NCBI GenBank assembly: GCA_947588765.1
Contig: CANPZG010000002.1
Coordinates: forward strand, 9,794 to 73,793
DNA length: 64,000 nucleotides
Reading direction: 5' to 3'
Origin: an uncultured Bacilli bacterium
GTDB taxonomy: Bacteria > Bacillota_I > Bacilli_A > RF39 > UBA660
Under the pieces are notes generated by a model. That model did not search any database. It was not told where the DNA came from and worked only from the letters and a program-made list of their open reading frames with translations. Made by a program: the position numbers and the translations under genes. Below are positions 26,896 to 35,634 of this stretch, in pieces; within the stretch, counting starts at the first letter, position 1; every line of letters begins with the position of its first letter.

Positions 26896-28821
26896 GTGAA
26901 AGATAGAAAAAAAGAAATAACACTACTAATAATAGGAATATTAACTTTAGTTTCTTTAGTAGTTGGAGCAACATATGCATTCTTTAAAGCCCAAACTGGT
27001 CCAGCTGCCAATTTTAATGTAATTACAACTACGGGCACAACAGATAATCTAACATTTACAACAGTAGGTAATATTTTAATAAATGCAAGTGCCAATAATT
27101 TTGCTAAAGGTAGTGAGGATTTAAATGGTACAATAACAGCAACAGCTAGTTTAATAGCCAATGATAGTACAAATACAACAGAACCATATTATTATAATGT
27201 CTATTTAGAAGTAATGGAAAATGAATTAGAATATTCATCATTCAAAGATCACGATGGAGAATTACCAAATTTAGTGTTTAAAACTAGATATGATAAAACA
27301 TTAGGTAATAATATAGATTATAGAGGAGTAACAAATGGCTATGACCCAATACCTGAATTATATTTAACAATAACTGGTCCTAATGGATATAAATTTGATA
27401 TAGACTTTCCAGTAGCAACATTAAAAAATGAAGATGATAGTTATGATATAACAGAACTAAGAGAAGGGATATATCCTTTAGTATTAAATAAATCAATCCA
27501 AGTAGGGGAACTAGATAATGGAACAAAGAAAGAAGAATGGAAAGTAAAAGTAACATTAAAGAATTTAGACAGTAATCAACAATTAAATACTGGAAAGACA
27601 TTTAATGCTAAGGTAATAATACAAGCCGAAAAAATACCAATGAATTTAATGGATGTATGTAGTGAAGGTGATAACTTAGCAAATTGTATCCAATTATTAC
27701 ATGATAAATCAGAATTTGGAGCAAGTAATTTACTATATCATGATGGCAAAGCTGATTATGAAGGAGAAGAAAACTACACATTAGAAGCCGGAGATAATTC
27801 ATATCGCTATAGCGGTTCATATGAAAAGGTAAATAACTATATATGCTTTGGAACAAAATGTTCAACAGACCCAAAAGAAGAAGGATATAATAATTTATAT
27901 CGAATAATAGGAACATTTGGTAGTGATGGGATAAAGTTAGTCAAAGCCGATTATGCTAATAAAGAATTATTAGGTGAAGGAACACAAAAACCAACTGGTG
28001 ATTTATCTCAAGCAAATCCAGAAACCAATGGTTCACATTATACAGGAAATCCTTATCGAGCAACAACTGGAACTAACGGCGAAAAAGATGCGTATATACA
28101 TCGATATTATCAATATAAAGGAAATCTTACGCAAGTTGACAGATATAGATGGCAAGAAAATGGAAATGATAAAACAGCTGCAAATTGGAATACCTCATTA
28201 TTAAACAATATCCATTTAAATACCAATTATTATAATTCTATAGATTCGACATATCGAAGTTTAATAAAAGGCCATATATGGATATGGGGAAATAATAATG
28301 CAACATATAATAATATAGCTTTAGGAACAAATGCCAAATCAGTATATGATAATGAAATTGGCGCAAATTCAAAAACAAATCAAAAAACAACAGATTCAGA
28401 AAATATAGGATTATTATATGTAAGTGATTACCTATATGGAGCAACACCAAATAATTGGAGTAAACAACCATTTAATAATAAATGGTCATGGAATGATAGT
28501 AATGGAATAACGGATAAATTTGGAAACCCAACAGTAAGTTTTAATGAACACGAAGAAGAAACAGATTATCGATCAGCAACAGATAGTAACTGGCTATATA
28601 TGGGGTTATGGGACTGGTTAATAACTCAAAGACACGATGATACCAATGGAACCGATTCTCCTGTTTATGCATTCCCTTTGGATGCCTCCGGTCGTGTCCG
28701 CTACAACTATGTTGGCACGAACTCGTTTGTGGTTCGTCCTACCTTTTATCTCGATTCTAGCATGACAAAATATAAAAGTGGAACTGGGACAATTAATGAT
28801 CCATACACATTACAAGTTTAA
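26896..28821 (+). CDS. Large secreted/surface protein with SipW-class signal peptide (TasA/camelysin-like N-domain)
   Basis: N-terminus KDRKKEITLLIIGILTLVSLVVGATYAFFKAQTG matches the SipW-cognate signal pattern. Start is GTG 26896 (11 nt after GAGG) or GTG 26884. Paralog of 1..1725. Confidence 0.75.
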   Translation: MKDRKKEITLLIIGILTLVSLVVGATYAFFKAQTGPAANFNVITTTGTTDNLTFTTVGNILINASANNFAKGSEDLNGTITATASLIANDSTNTTEPYYYNVYLEVMENELEYSSFKDHDGELPNLVFKTRYDKTLGNNIDYRGVTNGYDPIPELYLTITGPNGYKFDIDFPVATLKNEDDSYDITELREGIYPLVLNKSIQVGELDNGTKKEEWKVKVTLKNLDSNQQLNTGKTFNAKVIIQAEKIPMNLMDVCSEGDNLANCIQLLHDKSEFGASNLLYHDGKADYEGEENYTLEAGDNSYRYSGSYEKVNNYICFGTKCSTDPKEEGYNNLYRIIGTFGSDGIKLVKADYANKELLGEGTQKPTGDLSQANPETNGSHYTGNPYRATTGTNGEKDAYIHRYYQYKGNLTQVDRYRWQENGNDKTAANWNTSLLNNIHLNTNYYNSIDSTYRSLIKGHIWIWGNNNATYNNIALGTNAKSVYDNEIGANSKTNQKTTDSENIGLLYVSDYLYGATPNNWSKQPFNNKWSWNDSNGITDKFGNPTVSFNEHEEETDYRSATDSNWLYMGLWDWLITQRHDDTNGTDSPVYAFPLDASGRVRYNYVGTNSFVVRPTFYLDSSMTKYKSGTGTINDPYTLQV

Positions 28822-28939
28822 TAAGAAATTAATTAGATGTTATGCTTATGTTCATAGCATCTTTTTAAAAAGAAATACTAAATTTTATTCTTTAGTTTTT
28901 CCTTTTATTTTAGTATAATAAATATAGGTGTTTATAAGT

Positions 28940-29251
28940 ATGGAAAGTAAAAAATTTAAAATGATAGATGAAGGATTTAAATGTATTTTATGTGGTGAAA
29001 TGGTTGAACCTTTAAAGTATAGTGCCAGAGATCATTGTCCCTATTGTTTAACTAGTATCCATATTGATATAAACCCTGGTGATAGATTAAATGAATGTAA
29101 AGGTATTTTAAAACCCATTGATATTGAAAAATATAAAGATACTTTTAAAATAATATATAAATGTGATAAATGTGGTATGATTCATAAAAATATCATGGCT
29201 AGTGATGATGATATGGATATGATAATTAATTTATCGAAAAAGGAGAAGTAA
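28940..29251 (+). CDS. RNHCP-domain zinc-ribbon protein
   Basis: FKCILCGE...ARDHCPYCLTSIHID...CDKCG fits the RNHCP domain pattern. ATG 28940 sits behind AGGTG. Its stop (TAA, 29249-29251) overlaps the polA ATG (29251) by 1 nt. Confidence 0.65.
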   Translation: MESKKFKMIDEGFKCILCGEMVEPLKYSARDHCPYCLTSIHIDINPGDRLNECKGILKPIDIEKYKDTFKIIYKCDKCGMIHKNIMASDDDMDMIINLSKKEK

Positions 29252-31809
29252 TGAAAAAGTTAATTTTAGTTGATGGAAATAATTTAATGTTTCGTTCTTA
29301 TTATGCAACAGCCTATAATGGCAATTTAATGAAAAACTCTAAAGGGTTTCCCACGAATGCATTATATGGTTTTGTATCTATGATTAATAAGATTATGGCT
29401 GAAGAAAAACCAGTTTATATGGCTGTGGCTTTTGACATTGGTAAAAACTTTCGCAAACAAGAATACGACTTTTATAAAGAAGGAAGAATTGCTACTCCAG
29501 AAGAATTAAAAATGCAAATGCCGGTAGCACGCGAAATATTAGATGCGATGAATATTAAGCACTTAGAACTTGCTCCATACGAAGCAGATGATATAATTGG
29601 TACTTTAGTAAAAATGACAGAAAGTGATAAAGATTTTGCCTCAACTATTGTTTCTAGTGATAAAGATTTACTTCAACTTATAAGTGATGAAACGGAAGTA
29701 AAATTACTTAAGCAAGTTGGCTTTATTAGATATAATAAAGAAACTTTTAAAAAAGATTATGGGATTGAACCAATAAGAATAATTGACTTAAAGGCTTTGA
29801 TGGGCGATGCATCAGATAATATTCCAGGAGTTAAAGGAATTGGTGAAAAAACAGCTTTAAAATTATTACAAGAATATGGAACTTTAGAAAATCTATATGA
29901 TAATGTCGATAAAGTAGGAGGCAAACTTCAAGAAAAGTTAGTTAATGATAAAGAAAATGCCTTTATGAGTAAAAAGATAGCTACTATATATCGTGATGTA
30001 CCACTTAATATTAATCTTGAAGATCTACATGTTGGTAAAATAAAAGCAAGGGTGGCTAAATTATTTCAAGAATTAGAGTTTTTCTCTTTACTTAAAACAA
30101 TGATGATACCGATTAAAGATGAAGAAACTGAAGTTGAAGTAAAAGAAATTGACAATATTGATGATATCACTTTAGATGATACAATCTCTTTATATTTAGA
30201 ATTAGATGATAATAATTATCATTTAGCCCATATTTTAGGTTTAGCTATTAAAGATTCTAAAGGAAGCTATTTTATAAGAAATAATATTGTGGAAACATTA
30301 GAAAAGATAAAAAATAAAAATATTATTACTTATGATGCAAAGAAAATAATTTGTAATACGGGAGTAAAAATTAATTGTACTTTTGATGTCATGATAGCAT
30401 CATACCTATGTAATTATATTAATAAAGAAGATATCGCATTTTTAATGCAACAATTTAATTTAAAAATTGACTTTTTCGATTCTTTTATGAAATATACTGA
30501 TCGAGATGAAAAAATAGCTCAATACTTAGGTCAAAAAGTAGACTTTTTATATAATATTAAAGAAACTTTAGAAAATAAATTAAAAGAAAATAATTATTAT
30601 GATTTATTTACCAATATTGAAATGCCTTTACTTTATGTTCTAGCGGATATGGAACAAACGGGAATCAAAGTTGAAAAAGATGTTTTAGAAGAAATGAAAG
30701 TTGAATTGAATGCTCGAATTGAAGAAATAAAAACTGAAATATATAATTACGCTGGGGAAGAGTTTAATATATCTTCACCTCGCCAACTTGGAGAAATATT
30801 ATTTGATAAAATGCATTTAGCTGTAGGTAAAAAGAATAAAACTGGTTATAAAACGGATGCTAAAGTTTTAGAAAAACTAGTTGGGAAACATCCAATTATT
30901 GAAAGTATTTTATTATATCGAAATTTAACTAAAATATATTCTACTTATATTGAGGGCTTGGAAAACTTTATCTTAAAGGATGGTAAAGTTCATACTATTT
31001 ATAAACAAACTTTAACGAGAACTGGTAGACTTTCATCAGTTGATCCTAATTTACAAAATATTCCCGTAAGAGAAGAATTAGGTCGTAAAATAAGAAAAGC
31101 TTTTGTGCCAGTCGGTGATGTCTTTTTAAGTGCTGATTATTCCCAAATAGAATTAAGAATACTAGCTCATATCTCTAATTGTAAACCATTAATTGATGCT
31201 TTTAAAAATGGGGAAGACATTCATACCAAAGTAGCAAGTGATATCTATGGTATACCAGCGAGTGGAGTAACTAAAAATATGCGAAGAACAGCTAAAGCAG
31301 TAATATTTGGGATAGTCTATGGTATAAGTGGGTTTGGCCTTGGGGAAAACTTAAATATTTCACGAAAAGATGCCGATGAATTTATCAAGAAGTATTATGC
31401 TTTTTATCCCGAAGTAAAAGAATATATGGATAGTATTATTTTAAAAACTCATGATTTAGGTTATGTAACAACTTTGTTTGGTCGGAGAAGAGTAATCGAT
31501 GAAATAAATAATACTAATTATATGATTAGATCAATGGGTGAAAGAATGGCTTTAAATACGCCAATTCAAGGCACTAGTGCGGATATTATGAAACTAGCGA
31601 TGATTAATGTTTATAATCGCTTTAAGAAAGAACATATCAAAAGTAAAATTCTTTTACAAGTTCACGATGAAATAATTATTGATTGTAAAAATGAAGAACT
31701 AGATAAAATAAAACAAATAGTTAAAGAAGAAATGGAAAATGTATTTCCTTTGAATGTACCATTAAAAGTAGAAATAGATACTGGTTCTAATTGGTATGAT
31801 ACAAAATAA
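29251..31809 (+). CDS. polA: DNA polymerase I
   Basis: 852 aa. 5'-nuclease N-domain (LILVDGNNLMFRSYYA), then polymerase motifs DYSQIELRILAH, RRTAKAVIFGIVYG and QVHDE. Confidence 0.97.
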   Translation: MKKLILVDGNNLMFRSYYATAYNGNLMKNSKGFPTNALYGFVSMINKIMAEEKPVYMAVAFDIGKNFRKQEYDFYKEGRIATPEELKMQMPVAREILDAMNIKHLELAPYEADDIIGTLVKMTESDKDFASTIVSSDKDLLQLISDETEVKLLKQVGFIRYNKETFKKDYGIEPIRIIDLKALMGDASDNIPGVKGIGEKTALKLLQEYGTLENLYDNVDKVGGKLQEKLVNDKENAFMSKKIATIYRDVPLNINLEDLHVGKIKARVAKLFQELEFFSLLKTMMIPIKDEETEVEVKEIDNIDDITLDDTISLYLELDDNNYHLAHILGLAIKDSKGSYFIRNNIVETLEKIKNKNIITYDAKKIICNTGVKINCTFDVMIASYLCNYINKEDIAFLMQQFNLKIDFFDSFMKYTDRDEKIAQYLGQKVDFLYNIKETLENKLKENNYYDLFTNIEMPLLYVLADMEQTGIKVEKDVLEEMKVELNARIEEIKTEIYNYAGEEFNISSPRQLGEILFDKMHLAVGKKNKTGYKTDAKVLEKLVGKHPIIESILLYRNLTKIYSTYIEGLENFILKDGKVHTIYKQTLTRTGRLSSVDPNLQNIPVREELGRKIRKAFVPVGDVFLSADYSQIELRILAHISNCKPLIDAFKNGEDIHTKVASDIYGIPASGVTKNMRRTAKAVIFGIVYGISGFGLGENLNISRKDADEFIKKYYAFYPEVKEYMDSIILKTHDLGYVTTLFGRRRVIDEINNTNYMIRSMGERMALNTPIQGTSADIMKLAMINVYNRFKKEHIKSKILLQVHDEIIIDCKNEELDKIKQIVKEEMENVFPLNVPLKVEIDTGSNWYDTK

Positions 31810-31831
31810 TTAACAAAATTAAATTATTTAG

Positions 31832-31860
31832 TTGACAAATTGTAAATCTTATGATAAGTT
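31832..31860 (+). promoter_or_regulatory. Promoter of the toxI-toxN locus
   Basis: TTGACA (31832-31837), 17-nt spacer, extended -10 TGATAAGTT (31852-31860). Confidence 0.65.
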
Positions 31861-31885
31861 TATATTGCATATAGAAATATATGCC

Positions 31886-31996
31886 AAAAGCGGTGAATCC
31901 AGCCATTAAGTGGAAACTAAAAAAGCGGTGAATCCAGCCATGAAATTGGAAGCTAAAAAAGCGGTGTACCCGGCCATTAAACTGGGAACTAAAAAA
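31886..31996 (+). ncRNA. toxI: ToxI-like antitoxin RNA: three tandem 35/36-nt repeats
   Basis: GCGGTG starts at 31890, 31925 and 31961 (periods 35 and 36 nt). Each unit ends in ACTAAAAAA. The array lies directly upstream of a ToxN/AbiQ gene, the canonical type III TA layout. Confidence 0.8.
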
Positions 31997-31999
31997 GTA

Positions 32000-32030
32000 G
32001 GATTAGAGAAAACACTCTAATCCTTTAATT
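32000..32030 (+). terminator. Intra-operon terminator between toxI and toxN
   Basis: GGATTAGAG (32000-32008) / CTCTAATCC (32015-32023), followed by TTTAATT. Confidence 0.7.
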
Positions 32031-32049
32031 AAAATAGGGGGAATTAATT

Positions 32050-32556
32050 ATGTTATTTAAATTTTTAATTGTTAATGTTGATAGTAATTATTGTGATTTT
32101 TTAAGAAAGTATGATACTAAAGTACCATATAATAAGGCTAATAAGGAAACTAGACCTTTTATTGGAGTTTTATTTTGGATAGGAGATATTGAATATTTTG
32201 CTCCTTTATCTAGTCCTAAAGCTAAACATATAAAGATGCGTAATACTATTGATTTTGTTAAAATTGATGGTGGTAAATTAGGAGCAATTAATTTTAATAA
32301 TATGATTCCAGTAAAAAAAGGAAACTATAAACTAGTTAATTTGGATGTTCCAAATGCTGATAAATATATTACTATGATAAAGAAACAATTATTATGGTTA
32401 AATAAACATAGACTTCAAATACTTTTTAAAGCTGATAGATTGTATGATTATTATCTAGCGAATCTATTACCAGATAACATTAAAAATCGTTGTTGTAATT
32501 TTAAATTATTAGAAGAAAAGTGTGAAGAATATAATAAAAATATTGTTAATACCTAG
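32050..32556 (+). CDS. toxN: Type III toxin-antitoxin endoribonuclease, ToxN/AbiQ family
   Basis: 168 aa. YCDFLRKYDTKVP, RPFIGVLFWIGDIEYFAPLSSPKAKH, GAINFNNMIPV and CCNFKLLEEK each align with Pectobacterium ToxN blocks (YIEYLKEFDDKVP, AFIGIV..YLAPLTSPK, GLINLKFMIPI, CNFSLLEEK). Confidence 0.9.
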   Translation: MLFKFLIVNVDSNYCDFLRKYDTKVPYNKANKETRPFIGVLFWIGDIEYFAPLSSPKAKHIKMRNTIDFVKIDGGKLGAINFNNMIPVKKGNYKLVNLDVPNADKYITMIKKQLLWLNKHRLQILFKADRLYDYYLANLLPDNIKNRCCNFKLLEEKCEEYNKNIVNT

Positions 32557-32591
32557 TGTATTATATATGCATAAGTAATTATGCTAAAAAA

Positions 32592-32655
32592 GTAGGGATA
32601 CCTAACCGTCAAATAGGAACTAAAAAAGATACTAGAGAGCACACTCTAGTTTTTA
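32592..32655 (+). ncRNA. Orphan ToxI-like single repeat plus hairpin terminator (downstream of toxN, upstream of mutM)
   Basis: The 36-nt GTAGGGATACCTAACCGTCAAATAGGAACTAAAAAA (32592-32627) aligns with the toxI units. It is followed by hairpin ACTAGAG (32631-32637) / CTCTAGT (32644-32650) and TTTT. Confidence 0.55.
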
Positions 32656-32717
32656 GTTGCAAAACTATCTTTTGTTTTAGTAAAAATAATTGTATAATTA
32701 ATAGGGAAGTGATAATA

Positions 32718-33536
32718 ATGCCAGAAATAGCAGAAGTTGAAACAGTAAGAAACACTTTAAAAAGACAAATATTAAATAAGAAAATTAAAAGTGTAAATGT
32801 AAGATATAATAAAATGATTGAAAGTGATATTAATACTTTTGAAAAAGGCTTAATTGGTGATGAATTTATTGATATTAAAAGAAGAGGAAAATGGTTAATT
32901 TTTGAATTACATAATCATTATTTATTATCTCATTTAAGAATGGAAGGTAAGTTTTTCTTAAAAAATAGTGCTGAAGAAATAATTAAACATGAACATGTAA
33001 TTATAACATTTATAGATAATACGGATTTAAGATATCATGATACTAGAAAGTTTGGCAGAATGAATCTAATTAAAAAAGAAGATTTAGAAAATACGGAATG
33101 TATTAAAAAACAAGGTTTAGAACCGGGAGATAAGAATTTAACTAGTAAGTATTTATTAACTAAATTTAAAAATAAAAAGTTACCAATAAAAACTGTATTA
33201 TTAGATCAAACAATTATAAGTGGCTTAGGAAATATCTACGTTAATGAAGTATTATTTTATGCAAAAATTAACCCTTTAAAAGAAGCTGGCAAAATTACAG
33301 ATAAAGAAGCTAATTTAATTGCTGAAGGAGCAAATACTATCATTAAAGAAGCGATAAAAATGGGTGGTACAACAATTAAAAGTTATACTTCATCTTTAGG
33401 GGTAACTGGTCGTTTTCAAAATAAATTAAAGGTTCATAAAAAAGAAGGACAACCTTGTCCTATCTGTAATACACCAATCGAAAATGTTAAAATTAATGGT
33501 CGAAGTACTTATTTTTGCCCTCAATGTCAAAAGTAA
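32718..33536 (+). CDS. mutM: Formamidopyrimidine-DNA glycosylase
   Basis: True start is MPEIAEVETV (catalytic Pro2) at 32718, behind GGGAAG and a TGTATAAT -10 (32691-32698). C-terminal zinc finger CPICNT...YFCPQCQ. The ORF-track start at 32556 is an extension. Confidence 0.93.
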   Translation: MPEIAEVETVRNTLKRQILNKKIKSVNVRYNKMIESDINTFEKGLIGDEFIDIKRRGKWLIFELHNHYLLSHLRMEGKFFLKNSAEEIIKHEHVIITFIDNTDLRYHDTRKFGRMNLIKKEDLENTECIKKQGLEPGDKNLTSKYLLTKFKNKKLPIKTVLLDQTIISGLGNIYVNEVLFYAKINPLKEAGKITDKEANLIAEGANTIIKEAIKMGGTTIKSYTSSLGVTGRFQNKLKVHKKEGQPCPICNTPIENVKINGRSTYFCPQCQK

Positions 33537-34496
33537 TTATTTAAATTCTAAATAATATCGGGCATCAAAGTTATGTTCTTCTAAAACAGTTTCACCTTTG
33601 TCAGCTTCGTGCATTGCTTCAGTATTAACTAAAAAATAAGTATGGAATAAGTAATCTTTAATATTACCATCTTTATCATAACTCACGGGATCATCCCAAG
33701 TTAAATCAATATGAACCCATTCGTTATTATAATAGACTGCATTCCAAATATGTCCGGAATCAGAATAACTAATAGCACTCGCCGGAGTTGCTATTTTATA
33801 ATTGTTGAAACCTAACTTAGTTAAGAATATTGCCATTAAATCAGTATAGCCACTGCATGTTGCATAGCCTTGAAACAATGGCCCATAGGCAGTATAAGAA
33901 GTGTAATCACTTTTATCATTTTCATTTCTTTCAATATCATATCTAACATTATTCGCAATATAATCATGAATAGTTTTTATTTTGTCATAATCATCCATAT
34001 CATCTTTAATTATTTCTTTTAAAATACTATCTGTTTTTTCATTAATTTTTAAGATATCATCTTTTTTATATAAAAATTCCACATTAATTGTAATTTCACC
34101 ACTTTCACTAATAGAAGTATTAACATTCGTAAAACTATTAAATGGATGAACATAATTATTGATATGCGTAAATAACATTTCATCATTACTTATTTTTTCC
34201 ATATCTTTTAGACAATTTTGATATTCATTAGGGCAATAAAAAGTAAATGTGTCCCAACCATTATTAATACTAGCATAAATTATATTTAATAAATCTTGAT
34301 AAGAGTAGGGCACAAAATCTTTACTTCTTTGGATAAACATATAATCATAATCCTTCGTATATTCATTACTTGGTTTCATAACTAAACTAGGATGCTTATT
34401 AATTTCACTTGCTAAAAAATCACTGATGGGATTAAGAAAAAATATAGTTGCTCCAAGAAATACCAAAGAGACAATTAAAAACACAACTTTTTTCAT
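33537..34496 (-). CDS. Transglutaminase-like domain protein with N-terminal signal/anchor
   Basis: ATCSGYTDLMAIFL ... SGHIWNAVYYNNEWVHIDLTWDDP gives the Cys-His-Asp transglutaminase core. Confidence 0.75.
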   Translation of the reverse strand: MKKVVFLIVSLVFLGATIFFLNPISDFLASEINKHPSLVMKPSNEYTKDYDYMFIQRSKDFVPYSYQDLLNIIYASINNGWDTFTFYCPNEYQNCLKDMEKISNDEMLFTHINNYVHPFNSFTNVNTSISESGEITINVEFLYKKDDILKINEKTDSILKEIIKDDMDDYDKIKTIHDYIANNVRYDIERNENDKSDYTSYTAYGPLFQGYATCSGYTDLMAIFLTKLGFNNYKIATPASAISYSDSGHIWNAVYYNNEWVHIDLTWDDPVSYDKDGNIKDYLFHTYFLVNTEAMHEADKGETVLEEHNFDARYYLEFK

Positions 34497-34521
34497 TTAC
34501 TTCACCTATATTAATAATATC

Positions 34522-34559
34522 AAAAAAAAAAGAAGTAAACAATCAAAAATTATTACTTC
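34522..34559 (-). terminator. rpsT terminator
   Basis: On the minus strand, GAAGTAA / TTACTTC stem (34533-34539 / 34553-34559) followed by T10 (A-run 34522-34531 on plus). Confidence 0.6.
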
Positions 34560-34816
34560 ATATTTTTTACTTTTTCTGTCAATCTTGATTTTTGTCTATC
34601 AGCAGTATTCTTTTTTATTAAACCTTTACTAACAGCTTTGTCAGTATATTTTTGAATATCTTTTAATAGGGCTAAAGCCTTATCAGTTTCTCCAGCACTA
34701 ACAGCTTTTTCACAATTTTTAATTAAATTAGCAACACGCATTTTTAACTCATGATTGTTAGCAGTTTTTTTAGCAATAACTTTTACTGCTTTTTTTGAAC
34801 TCTTAATGTTTGGCAT
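34553..34816 (-). CDS. rpsT: 30S ribosomal protein S20
   Basis: MPNIKSSKKAVKV... is typical S20. Start moved to 34816, behind GGAAGGAG. Confidence 0.92.
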   Translation of the reverse strand: MPNIKSSKKAVKVIAKKTANNHELKMRVANLIKNCEKAVSAGETDKALALLKDIQKYTDKAVSKGLIKKNTADRQKSRLTEKVKNMK

Positions 34817-34912
34817 TCTTAGACGCTCCTTCCTCATTACTTAAATAATTTTAACAAATAATTCTTATTTTAGCAAGTAAATATACTATATTTTATTATT
34901 TTTCCTTTAAAT

Positions 34913-35512
34913 TTATTTGTTTTTAGTTAGTTTTAATACTTGAATTACTTCTTCTTCGTGATTTATGGCATCTTCTTTATCAATTACAAAATTATTATTT
35001 AAATCAGCAATTTTGTGATATTCATTTTCTTCTTTTAAAGTAACAATATTTTCTTTAACTTTAGTCATTTTTTGAAATGTTTCATTTATTAATTCATTGA
35101 TTATTTCTTTTTTAGCCAGATACTTTTTTCTAGTTGGAGCACTATTTATAATAGCGTAAAAATATATGAGTAGACATACAAACTCTCCAGTCATTACAAT
35201 AGAGTCAATAATTGTTAGGAAAGTATTTAAAGGAAAAAACTTTAACAATATAATTATTAAAAATAATAATGTTGGAACTATTTTATCAAATGTGACTTTA
35301 GTTTTATAATATTTATTTAGTTCCCTAAGTCTTTCACAATAAAAATGATAGTAATTATCTAAATTTTCTAAATCATTTTCTTGTTCTAGTATTTTACTGG
35401 TAGCAATAATATCTCCTTTACTGGTAATTAATTTCATTTTTTCTTCATCATCAATAACCTCATAATAATTCTTTTTAAATGTTGATAATAGTTTTATATG
35501 CATACTTTTCAC
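34913..35512 (-). CDS. Coiled-coil / TM-hairpin / coiled-coil membrane protein, unknown function
   Basis: 199 aa. Same architecture as 19987..20607 and 24402..25145. Confidence 0.5.
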   Translation of the reverse strand: MKSMHIKLLSTFKKNYYEVIDDEEKMKLITSKGDIIATSKILEQENDLENLDNYYHFYCERLRELNKYYKTKVTFDKIVPTLLFLIIILLKFFPLNTFLTIIDSIVMTGEFVCLLIYFYAIINSAPTRKKYLAKKEIINELINETFQKMTKVKENIVTLKEENEYHKIADLNNNFVIDKEDAINHEEEVIQVLKLTKNK

Positions 35513-35634
35513 CTCTTAAGAATATTTTACATTATATTAATAAAATAATCAATATGAAAAAAATTTGAATATTCTTCCTTAATTCGACAAGTTTTTCACT
35601 TTAAATGTAGTAATATAGATTAAAGGAGAGACTC

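Noticed and set aside
31886-31996. The tandem 35/36-nt repeats considered as a mini CRISPR array or as tandem preQ1-I-type riboswitches (A-rich tail plus small hairpin).
   Set aside because: The repeats are contiguous with no spacers and no cas genes, so this is not CRISPR. The A-tract follows ACU rather than preceding it, and the conserved preQ1-I loop (UUC) and AAAAAACUA tail order are absent. The array sits directly in front of a ToxN/AbiQ gene, which explains it as toxI.
32556-32717. A 54-codon N-terminal extension of mutM in the ORF track.
   Set aside because: Fpg requires Pro2 as the N-terminal nucleophile (MPEIAEV at 32718). The extension covers the orphan ToxI-like repeat, a terminator hairpin and a TGTATAAT promoter.
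34520-34531. The A10/T10 homopolymer between the transglutaminase-like gene and rpsT, considered as another phase-variable tract.
   Set aside because: On the minus strand it directly follows a GAAGTAA/TTACTTC hairpin at the rpsT stop. It is therefore the U-tract of the rpsT terminator, not a promoter-spacer repeat.
34426-34632. A 68-aa plus-strand ORF spanning the transglutaminase-gene start and the rpsT 3' end.
   Set aside because: It overlaps two well-supported minus-strand genes and the rpsT terminator. Its translation is low-complexity and it has no RBS.
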